The position numbers were made by a program, and so were the translations under genes. Source: an uncultured Armatimonadetes bacterium (lineage in GTDB: Bacteria; Armatimonadota; Hebobacteria; Hebobacterales; Hebobacteraceae). From it: DNA of 64,000 nt. Below, piece after piece: positions 47,522 to 56,449 of the stretch. The notes beneath the pieces were generated by a model, which saw only the letters and a program-made list of their open reading frames with translations, searched no databases and was not told the origin of the DNA. The DNA is taken from the NCBI GenBank assembly GCA_963699135.1, contig OY969415.1, forward strand, positions 2,551,196-2,615,195, given 5' to 3'. Position 1 is the first letter of the stretch; each line of letters opens with the position of its first letter.

Positions 47522-49726
47522 ATGAGATCACTGATCCTGAAAGAGTTCAGACAGGGACGCCCGCTGCTGGTATTCAGCGCCGCGATCGCGCTGCTGCTGG
47601 CCGCCGGTTACACGGTGGCGAACCGGTACTTCGCGGACGAGATCGCACTTACCGACTGGCAGTATACGGGGGGCCCTAGCCCGATCATGACCGGCTTTGC
47701 AGTGGCGATGCTGGTGGCTCCCCTGGTGGTCGCGGTGCTGGCCGGGATCGGCCTGTTCGCGGGAGAGACCGAGCACAACACCACTCCGGTGCTGCTGGCG
47801 CTGCCCCTGTCGCGCCGTCGCATCTGGCTGGGCAAGATGCTGGGGGGGCTGGGGCTAGTGGCGATCGGGGCCGTCATCATCCTGGGGTTGAGCCGGCTGC
47901 TCTTGCCGCAGGTCTACCGAATACTGCCAGTGTCACCTTACCTGCCTGACATGTGCCTGGCTCTGGTGTACCTGTTCGCGGTGTCGGCGTTCATGTCGTC
48001 GGTGGCGTCCTACACCATCGCGGCGCTGGTGGCGACGCTGATCTTCGGCGGCGCGCTGACTCTCGGACTGGGAATAGTGTGGAGCAATCTCGGCGGGCTG
48101 CTGCTGGGCTACAACCCGATCCTGGAGCAGGCGCTGTGGGGGCTGGTGGTGGCGCCGGCGGTGCTGTTCGCCTCGGCCGTCGCCATCAGTCGCGGGGAGC
48201 TGCTGCAATCGCTGCGCAAGCACGCCTTCGGCGTACCGGCGCTGGTGTTGGGACTACTGATCACACTGGCGCTGGTCGGAGGCGTCGGCCGCGCCGCCAC
48301 GCGCTACTCGCGGGCGGGGGTGCGGGAGATACAGACGGTCGCGGAGTCGCCCGGATCGCGTTTGCTGGGTGTGATCGCGGGGGGGACGCGGCTCCGTACC
48401 AGCGAGGGTTGCCGCACGGGGCGTGGCACCACCGCGGCGCGGAACCGGAGATCGGCGCGCAGATGGACGTGCTGTGGGGAGGGGCGCCACTCTATCGCAG
48501 TGACTATGGCGTGCTGCTCGACCTGAAGGCCGGTCGGGAGGTGTTGCGCGTGCGCAAGGGCTTCGGCGATCCGTACTTCCAGATGGCGATCTCGCCGGAC
48601 GGTCGCCTAGCGGCTATCGCTAGTGGGCCGTTGGGGCTGACCTGGGGCGTGCAGTCGTGGAAGTACTTCCCGGAGAAGCTGGCGATCTACGATCTGAAGC
48701 AGGGAAGGTGGCTGTTCCAGGACGTGCCCGCGCCTCTCCTCAAGAAGGACGGCGCCCATATCGGCGACATGAGATGGTCGCATGGCGGAGACTACCTGGC
48801 ATTCACGACGACTTACTTTAGCGGGCCCTCCTTCGGCAACTCGACCACAGGCTTCTATGCCATGAAGCCGGATGGGTCCGAGGTGCGTGACCTCGCGGTG
48901 AAACCGCAGAGAGGCGATGACTGGGCCTGGTCGCCGACCGAGAACGTGATCTTCGCCACCGAGCGCGATCGTATCTACCGCGTCACGCTTGACGGAAAGG
49001 CGCCCGAGGGTCTCGACCTGGTGTACCCGACTGGTGCCAAGGGGTCGCTCCCCGCGAACAGCCTGTCGCCTGACGGCCGATGGCTGGTGGTCACGAGCTG
49101 GCACTCAGAGAAGCGCCAGGTCAAGCACATGGAGCACGGGCACAGCTGGCTGGATGATATTTCCGTAGATGTCTGCGTCGCGATCCGCGCCCTACACGCG
49201 GACGGGAATGCGACGGTCGGCCTTTGGGCGAAGTCGCTCCCGACCGCGCCGCACTTCACCTGGTCGCGTGACGGCAAGGCGTTGTATGCCCTCCTGCCCG
49301 AGTCGGAGACGCGCGCCCGGCTGATGCGCTGGCGGCCCGGGGAGGAGGGGCTGGCGCCGGTGGCGGAGGGACTGTCCGCGGCGGCCGCGATAGAGGTGCT
49401 GCCTGGCTCGGAGGGCCTATTGATCTACCCGGAGCGAAAGTGGGGAGATCGACCGGTTCAGGTACCCGACGCGGGAGGCTGGTCCGGCATCGGTTTCGTG
49501 GCGAAGGTGCGCCTGCCGGCCACCCGTGGGTCCAGCGATAGTGAGCAACGACGGTAAGGTGCGGCCGTTCCCGTCAGCGGGTGAGTCAGTCGAGTTCGCA
49601 GGCGCGAATGACTACGTGACTGTCGATGACACCGGTAGGGTCATCACGCTTGCCGGACCGTCTGGGCACAAGTATCTCCAGGCAACGGACGCAAAGACGG
49701 GTAGCCGGACGCGGCTCTACCCATAG
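47522..49726 (+). CDS. paralogous ABC-2-type permease::beta-propeller fusion; 2 frameshifts (G7 run 48379-48385; about 49515-49528)
   Basis: MRSLILKEFRQGRPLLVF... (track ORF 47522..48526). Then ..APYQRGLPHGAW..LLDLKAGREVL..ISPDGRLAAIASG..LSPDGRWLVVTSW.. (track ORF 47953..49557). Then the tail ..VGPAIVSNDGKVRPFP...KTGSRTRLYP (track ORF 49526..49726), which parallels the paralogue's C-terminus ...NGSITKIYP. Confidence 0.7.
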
Positions 49727-49894
49727 CCTTCGGCGCAGCGAGGGGAAGAAGCGACGGCCGCGGGGCGGGGCTGCTCCGCGGTCGTCGCGCTTCAGCTCAA
49801 GGCGCGTGGCAGTCCCGTCTTTGAGCCCGCCCGAGACCCCCACGGTCGCCGCTGCCCGAGAGGCAGCGCCTCCCTCGGGGTGACAGTAGAGCGC

Positions 49895-51848
49895 TCACTC
49901 CCGGTGTGGAGCGCGGCGGCCGTCGGGGTCGAACACGATGCGCTCATCCCCGATGCGAGCGCCGGACTTGCCGCCGCCGAGCGGGGCGATCTCGGGCGCG
50001 GATTCGCCATCGGCGAGCGGAACGAACACCACGACGAACTCCACTTCCTTCGACGAGGAAGCAGCGGCGATGCGCAGCGTGAGGGGCTCCTTCACGTTGA
50101 TGTGATCGCCGATGCCGGCCTCGACGCTCACGATGACGCCACTCGGCACGAGCACGCGCCCGGCGAGCCAGGCCTTCTCACCGCGGATCACGAACCGGTC
50201 GCCGGTGCAGCGCCCGGCGCTCGCCCCGCCCGCGGGCGCGCTTACCACTTGCACCTCCGTGACCGTCACTGGCCCGCCGGGCTGAAGCACGAATTCGAAG
50301 GCTGAGTCAGTCGCGACCTTCGCTCGATCGCGCACCACCAGATAGCCCCATTTCCCGGTGCCCGCGTGGGGATTGACCAGAGCCCATTCCCGCACCACCG
50401 ACTCGGCCCCCTCATAGCACTTGGTGGCGTCGGAGCGGAACCAGACGACGCCGTCCTCTTCGCTGCGCGTCGGTGATGACGCCGATGCTGTGCGTCGTCC
50501 TTGCGCTGGTTCCTCCCGCCGATGACGAGGCAGTTGTGGCCGACGGTGTCGTTGCTGAAGTAGTCGACCTCCTGGTTGAAGTAGCCCGGGCCGACCTTGC
50601 CGTAGCCGTAGTCGCGCAGCAGCCACTCGCCGCCGACGTTGAGCAGGAAGTCGTTGACGTCGAGGTGGGAGTGGGAGACATCGGCCTTGCCGCTGCGGAG
50701 GTGCAGGGTGATGGCGTCGTCGCCCCAACCCGTGCGGGCGCCGGCGAAGCCGGTCTCGCTGAAGGCGTGCCAGGTCGGGCATGGTCGACGGGCACTTCGG
50801 CGCGGCAGCGTCGGATCGTACCAGAGCAGATCGTACATCGCGCGTGTCCGGATCGTTGCGCGCGGGGCAGGCGCCTCCGCCAGCCACTGCGCGAGCGGGC
50901 CGCGGTACTCGGCCGCGAGGCGGTACATGAGGGGCGCGATGGAGTGCCAGTCCCGCGTCGGGCCGTCGCCGAAGTTGGCGATGCTACCCATGCTCGGGGC
51001 CGGCCAGGTAGAGGCGGAAGAGGTGGGTCTTGCGCAGATAGGGCGAGGCGTAGAAGTCGGTGTCGACGTAGGGCCGCACGGCGGTGATGTAGCGCACCAG
51101 CGACTCCATGCCATAGCCCCAGTAGGGCACGCCCTCTTCGTAGGCGCCCTCCTCGGGCAGCTCGGCGACGATGTGCTGGTAGCCCCACTCGGCCTTCGCC
51201 AGCCACTCGCCCATCCCGGGGACGTCGCCGGCGAGCGCCACCGCGGTCACGCCAAGCGCCGCGTAGTTGCACCAGGCGTGGTTCTGCCGCCAGGTGTCCT
51301 TCCACCAGCCGCGGTCGTTGACGCCGGTCGGCGGCCTCGTACATCACCTGGCCGTGCTCGGCGAGGATCTGCTTCAGCCGCTCCCGGTCCTCCGGCGACC
51401 AGCGGTCGTAGAGCCAGTCGTAGGCGATCGCCAGATGCCGTACAGCTCGTGCCCCGCGGCGAGGTCGGTGCCCTCGAAGATGCCCGCGCCCCACAGGGGA
51501 TACTCGCCGGGCTTCAGCGCCCACTTGCGCGCGTGGCCGCGAAGTACTTCGGGTCGGGGTCGAGCAGGGCCACCAGGGCCAGCGGCGGGCACGCGGTAGC
51601 CGAACACGCGCTGCCACAGCATCTCGTCGTTCGGCGTGCCGGGCCGGGTGGGGTCGCCCTCGATAGGCGCGGTTCTCCGGCGGCGTCCTCGTCGAGCACG
51701 CGCGTCGACGGATGCCTTCAGCTGCTCCCACTCCTCGCGGTGCGTGGTCTGAATCGCCTCCCGCAGCCGCGCCAGCTCCTCGGCCTGGAAGAACAGACCG
51801 CGGCCGTCCCGCGGCAACGATCTTCGCTTCCATCTCAGTTGCAGTCAT
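49895..51848 (-). pseudogene. heparinase II/III-like (polysaccharide-lyase-like) gene shattered by roughly ten frameshifts
   Basis: Conserved peptide islands are distributed over all three minus frames: MTATEMEAKIVAAGRP / RDGRGLFFQAEELARLREAIQTTHREEWEQLK / IEGDPTRPGTPNDEMLWQRVFGY / KWALKPGEYPLWGAGIFEGTDLAAGHELYG / AIAYDWLYDRWSPEDRERLKQILAEHGQVMYEAA / VTAVALAGDVPGMGEWLAKAEWGYQHIV / GSIANFGDGPTRDWHSIAPLMYRLAAEY...ADVSHSHLDVNDFLLNVGGEWLLRDYGYG...GHNCLVIGG / EEDGVVWFRSDATKCYEGAE... These fall in track ORFs 50412..51890, 51374..51817, 51514..51699, 50984..51250, 50266..51114 and 49895..50887. Confidence 0.7.
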
Positions 51849-52838
51849 CGGGTCTCCTCGCTCCGTCGTCTGGCCACGCCGCGGCAGCACCGATACACCA
51901 ACGACCGCCTGCGCAGTGCCACCAGCATCAGTACTGCGGTAGCTGTCCCCTCATCCGCACTACGCTTCCGGAAGATCAGACAGTAGTGGTGATGGTAGTT
52001 CGGCACGAACACCTTCGGGTAGCCCCAGATGCCGAGGGGCTTGGTGTTCTGGCACCAGATGCGCTCGCCCTGGAACTGCCAGCGCGTGCGCCGCTGATGC
52101 GCCGCGCCAGGTCCCAGGCCAGGGGCCGGACCTCGCCCTCCGGGTCGCGGAGGTTCTGCACGACGACGACAAGGTACTTGCCTGCCTTGACGCACTTGCT
52201 GCAGCCCGTCGAAGACCTGCCGCCAGCGCGACTCGACGAACTCGTCGTAGTCCGTGATGTTGCCGAGGTCGTCGGGCGCTCTCCGAGTAGACCGTGTCCA
52301 GGCCCTGCGCGGCGCGCTGCTTGTGCTTCGAGAACACCCCGCCGCGGCTGGTGCGCAGCATCCGCCAGTAGGGCGGGGAGGTGATGACGAAGTCGAACTG
52401 CGGCAGGCCGCGCCGGAAGGCGATGCCCGCCGCCTCCAGCTGCTCGCGGTGGCTCGTCCCAGAAGGCCGTCTGTCCCAGCCTCGCGCGCGTCGCCGCGGA
52501 GCACGATCTGGGGCGGCGGCAGCGTCCCTCGACTCGCCGCTCCGCAGTGCGCGGCGTAGCGCGGGCTCAGCTCGACGCCGACGCCGACCCGGCTCGTTCT
52601 CCGCGCAGGCCACCAGCGTCGCCCCCGAGCCCGCGAACGGATCGAGCACCGCACCCGCCGCGCTTGGTGAAGAAGCGCAGAGGAACTCCGCCACCATCTC
52701 CTCGGGGAAGCGGGCGGGGTGCAGCTCCGTGTCCTTGTTCCGCCAGTAGCGCGGCGAATCGCACACGAACCAGGTCCGCGTGAACTTGATCCACTCTTTG
52801 CCGGTGAGGTCGTTGAGGGTGTTGGTGGACCTGGGCAT
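51845..52838 (-). pseudogene. DNA methyltransferase (motif I before motif IV SPPY) shattered by at least seven frameshifts
   Basis: MPRSTNTLNDLTGKEWIKFTRTWFVCDSPRYWRNKDTELHPARFPEEMVAEFL / RFFTKRGG / AVLDPFAGSGATLVACAENE / RVGVGVELSPRYAAHC / LEAAGIAFRRGLPQFDFVITSPPYWRMLRTSRGGVFSKHKQRAAQGLDTVYSE / DDLGNITDYDEFVESRWRQVFDGLQQV / VQNLRDPEGEVRPLAWDLARRI / WQFQGERIWCQNTKPLGIWGYPKVFVPNYHHHYCLIFRKR. These fall in track ORFs 51960..52838, 52567..52794, 51845..52654 and 51976..52161. Confidence 0.75.
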
Positions 52839-52859
52839 TACTGGGAACCCATGGAGAAG

Positions 52860-53918
52860 TCAGCTCCGTGCTCTGAGAGACGAGATGGCCGATGCCCAGT
52901 CGGGTGTAATCATCATGTGGTCCACGCTCCTCTTGTAAAAGCCGTCGTCGCGTAGAAGCAGCGCCCAGGCTAACTCTATGCTGGCCGGCACGCTGCCGGC
53001 TACCTTCATGATGCCTGGGAGAGTTGCCCGCAGCACATCCCTCTGTTGGGACGTCTGTTCCAGCATGTCGTCGATGTCCTTCAGGCTTCGGTACTGGTCG
53101 AACACCATCGCTCCCTCGATGAGCCTGAGCTGGCCGTCAAACGCTTCGGTGGGAAGGTCGGAGAGTTTCCACGCCAGGAACTCCCTCAGACTGTCTGAGT
53201 TCACCTCGTGCGCTAGGAAGGACGCCCCTGACGAAGATGATTCGCGCATTTCAGAGACGTACTCCTCGCGCTCGCGCCGGATCTGATCAAACTGATTGTC
53301 CGCCGTCTCAAACAGCCCCACTAGGCCATTCAGCTTGCGTTGGAGAGCCTTCGGCACTTCCGATTCCCGCTTGTACGTGAGGTGGTGGGCGACGATCGCC
53401 CAAGCGTCCTGTAGCACGGTCCTGACCTGCACCTCACAGACAAGGTGCCTCAGGTCCTCATACCTTGCCCCCGACATAACCTTGCCGAGCTTTACGACAT
53501 ACTGGATCGCGCCGTACCCAAACCGGTCTGAGTCCCTCTCATTGAGGCTGTCGACCTTCTCGACAACATCAAACTCCTCTTGGATAACCTCATCAATGAG
53601 CCGCGTGTCGGGCGCGTAGAGGCACACTACCCGGACGCCGGCGAAGTCGGTGATCCCCGAGAAAGGGTCAGCGTACTCTTTCCGCTGGACCTTCTCCATG
53701 AAGCTCTCGAGTGTCTTGGCGCGAGAGGTGACCGCGGAGACCTCGATTCCCTTTGCGCCGAGTCGCTTCTGAAGGACATACTGAACCTCGGTGCAGAGGC
53801 ACTCGTAGTCGGGGCGCTGCTCGATGAACCGCCTGACGACCTCAGGTCGCTCTCGCCATAGGTCAGGTTGTCTCAACGCGCTGGCTTTCTCAGGGGACTT
53901 GTGAGGACGCCTTGGCAT
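52860..53918 (-). CDS. RelA/SpoT synthetase-domain protein (stand-alone nucleotide pyrophosphokinase; small-alarmone-synthetase/toxSAS-like) with a C-terminal extension of about 150 aa
   Basis: 352 aa and intact. Motifs in order: SRAKTLESFMEK (RxKxxxSxxxK), DFAGVRVV (DxxGxR), FGYGAIQYVV, EVQVRTVLQDAWAIVAHHLTYK. There is no HD hydrolase or TGS/ACT domain. RBS GGAGGGAAG. Confidence 0.85.
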   Translation of the reverse strand: MPRRPHKSPEKASALRQPDLWRERPEVVRRFIEQRPDYECLCTEVQYVLQKRLGAKGIEVSAVTSRAKTLESFMEKVQRKEYADPFSGITDFAGVRVVCLYAPDTRLIDEVIQEEFDVVEKVDSLNERDSDRFGYGAIQYVVKLGKVMSGARYEDLRHLVCEVQVRTVLQDAWAIVAHHLTYKRESEVPKALQRKLNGLVGLFETADNQFDQIRREREEYVSEMRESSSSGASFLAHEVNSDSLREFLAWKLSDLPTEAFDGQLRLIEGAMVFDQYRSLKDIDDMLEQTSQQRDVLRATLPGIMKVAGSVPASIELAWALLLRDDGFYKRSVDHMMITPDWASAISSLRARS

Positions 53919-54070
53919 CGCTTCCCTCCTCTACCGAATCTGCTGAACGGGCGGTCGAGATACCTGCACGCTTGGCCCCTCTGGAACACGGAGCAAGACC
54001 GAAGGAAAGGTAGCATGCCGTGACTGGCATGTCCAGAAACAGAAGCATGAGGGCTCCCCTCGCGTTCGCC

Positions 54071-56314
54071 TCACCCCGCCAGCAACTGCTTGAGCCGCGT
54101 ATACCTCCGCAGCGGCTTGTTGTTGTGCACGGAGGTCCAGATCGCCTGGCGGTTGCCGACGAAGACGCACTTGCGGCGGGCGCGCGTCAGCCCGGTATAG
54201 AGCAGGTTGCGCTGGAGCATGATGTACTGGCTAGTGTGGCAGATGAGCACGACAGCCGGATACTCGCTGCCCTGGGCCTTGTGGACGGTGAGGGCGTAGG
54301 CGAGTTCGATCTCGTCGAGTTCGTCGAAGCTGTACCAGGCGGACTGGTCCAGAAATTGCACGGCGACCTTGTGGTCGGCGGGATAGACGCCCAGCACGGT
54401 GCCGACGTCACCGTTGAAGACTTCCTTCTCGTAGTTGTTGACGGTCTGGAGCACCCGGTCGCCCTCGCGGATGACCTTCTCGCCGCGCTTCACCTCGGGC
54501 TTGGTGGGATGAGGTGGGTTGAGCGCTTCCTGCAGCACTTGGTTGAGTTGGACGGTGCCGAGGTTGCGCTTGTTCATGGGGGTCAGCACCTGGATGTCGG
54601 ACCCGTCGAAGCCCTCCTGTATTAGCTCATCTCCCACCACCTCTACCACGCGCCGCACCAGGGCCTCGGGGTCGGTCTCGGAGACGAAGGTGCAGTCATC
54701 TCCCGGCTTTGGCGGAGTGTGAAACTCGGGCACGCGGCCCTCGTTGATGCGGTAGGCGTTCATCACGATCTGGCTCTCCCGGTCCTGCCGGAAGATCTCC
54801 GTCAGCCTCGCCACGGGGGCGGCCTTGGACTCGATGAGATCGCGCAGCACCAGGCCGGGGCCGACGGAGGGGAGCTGATCTACATCCCCCACGAGGATCA
54901 GCCGCGCCGTGTCGGGGATCGCTCGCACCAGCGCTAGTGTCAGCTCGATATCGAGCATGGAGGATTCGTCGATGATGACCACGTCGGCGCTGAGTGGGCG
55001 CTCCTCATTGCGCCGGAACTGCCAGGAGCCGGGGTCGATCTCGAGGAGGCGGTGGATGGTCTGCGCGGGGCGACCCGTGACCTCGGAGAGCTTCTTCGAG
55101 GCGCGGCCGGTGGGGCTGGCGAGGGTGACGGAGCAGCCGGAGTTCTCGAACACATCGACGATGGCGCGGGTGACAGTGGTCTTGCCGACGCCGGGGCCGC
55201 CGGTCAGCACCAACACCTTCTCGGTGAGCGCCAGCCGGACGGCCTGGGCTTGCTGCTCGGAAAGCTCCGTCTCTCCCACTCTCCGGTCACCTTCCAGCCA
55301 GGTCGAAAGCGACTGGTCGGTCGCCTTTGCTTGCGCGGAGGCCTGCTGAAGGCGGCGCAGGTGCCGCGCCACTTCATGCTCGGCGCGATGGAGCCGGGGC
55401 AGATAGACTGCCTGGCGCGGCTCGCCCTCGGCCGGTCCGCCCAGCAGCCGCAGTTCGGGCGCCTCCTCGACCACCACCCACTCGCGTTCGACGAGGGCCT
55501 GGTAGGCGTCCTCGAGACTGTCGGCGTCGTCGCACTCGAGCAGCTTCGCGGAGTACTCGAAAAGACGGTCCTTCGGCATGAAGCAGTGGCCCTGGGAGGC
55601 CATCTCCTGCAGGGCGTGGGCCAACCCGGCCTGAAGCCGGAACGGCGAGCTGAGCGGTACGCCGATAGTCTGGGCGATCCGGTCCGCGGTCCGGAAGCCG
55701 ATGCCCTCGACCTCCAGCGCGAGCTGGTAGGGGTTGTGCTCGACGATCACAGCAGCATCGCTGCCGTAGTGCTTGTGGATGCGGATGGCGTGGGCAGCGC
55801 TGATCCCCATGCCCTGCAAGCGCATGAGGATTCCCTGGCTGTCGGACTCCTGCTGGCGCTTCCACTCATCGGCAATCGACTGCGCCTTCTTGCGGCCGAT
55901 TCCCGGGACCTGGCGAAGCTGCTCGGGGTCGGCGAGCGCGGTGAGCGTATCGTTTCCAAACTGCGACACGAGCAGCTCTGCCGTCGCCGGGCCGATCCCC
56001 TTGATCGAACCGCCAGAGAGGAATCGCTTGATGGCGTCGGCGGTGAGTGGCTGCGCGACCTCGTAGCGCTGGAATCGGAACTGATCTCCATACACCGGGT
56101 GAGTGACCCACAGCCCCCAGAGCTTGACCTCCATCCCCTCGCGGGCGCTGGAGATGTTGCCCACCACCGAGACGACGCTTCCCGCCCCACTTTCGCCCTC
56201 GGCGACGCGCAGGCGCGCGACCGTCCACCCATCATCGGCGTTGTGGTGGCGCACCGCCTCGATCACGCCGGACAAGTCGCGGTGCTCCTCGGTCGGCAGA
56301 AGCTGGTCGCTCAT
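54071..56314 (-). CDS. recD2: RecD2-like SF1 ATP-dependent DNA helicase
   Basis: 747 aa. N-terminal OB-like domain plus HhH (IKGIGPATAELLV, VPGIGRKKAQSI), Walker A LTGGPGVGKTT, DESSMLD, LVGDVDQLPSVGPG, and a C-terminal UvrD_C_2-like YALTVHKAQGSEYP. Confidence 0.9.
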   Translation of the reverse strand: MSDQLLPTEEHRDLSGVIEAVRHHNADDGWTVARLRVAEGESGAGSVVSVVGNISSAREGMEVKLWGLWVTHPVYGDQFRFQRYEVAQPLTADAIKRFLSGGSIKGIGPATAELLVSQFGNDTLTALADPEQLRQVPGIGRKKAQSIADEWKRQQESDSQGILMRLQGMGISAAHAIRIHKHYGSDAAVIVEHNPYQLALEVEGIGFRTADRIAQTIGVPLSSPFRLQAGLAHALQEMASQGHCFMPKDRLFEYSAKLLECDDADSLEDAYQALVEREWVVVEEAPELRLLGGPAEGEPRQAVYLPRLHRAEHEVARHLRRLQQASAQAKATDQSLSTWLEGDRRVGETELSEQQAQAVRLALTEKVLVLTGGPGVGKTTVTRAIVDVFENSGCSVTLASPTGRASKKLSEVTGRPAQTIHRLLEIDPGSWQFRRNEERPLSADVVIIDESSMLDIELTLALVRAIPDTARLILVGDVDQLPSVGPGLVLRDLIESKAAPVARLTEIFRQDRESQIVMNAYRINEGRVPEFHTPPKPGDDCTFVSETDPEALVRRVVEVVGDELIQEGFDGSDIQVLTPMNKRNLGTVQLNQVLQEALNPPHPTKPEVKRGEKVIREGDRVLQTVNNYEKEVFNGDVGTVLGVYPADHKVAVQFLDQSAWYSFDELDEIELAYALTVHKAQGSEYPAVVLICHTSQYIMLQRNLLYTGLTRARRKCVFVGNRQAIWTSVHNNKPLRRYTRLKQLLAG

Positions 56315-56449
56315 GGCAACAGGTGTTCTGCTCTGTGACGATGCTGCCCTGCATGCAGGCGCCTACCATGGGTGACATTGGGCAGGCCAGAAGCGGCGAG
56401 CCCGGTGCTGCGCTGCTTTCCGCCGAGGGCGACCGCCCTCTGTCCGCAG

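Noticed and set aside
50639-52384. 581-aa plus-strand ORF across the frameshift hot zone
   Set aside because: It has no motifs and is Ala/Arg/Pro-rich. All recognisable peptide islands (heparinase-like, methyltransferase) are on the minus strand.
52860-53918. Calling the RelA/SpoT-like protein CapRel-type
   Set aside because: The C-terminal extension has no Cys pairs or zinc-finger-like motif, and no similarity that I can see by eye. It stays a generic toxSAS-like or SAS-like candidate.
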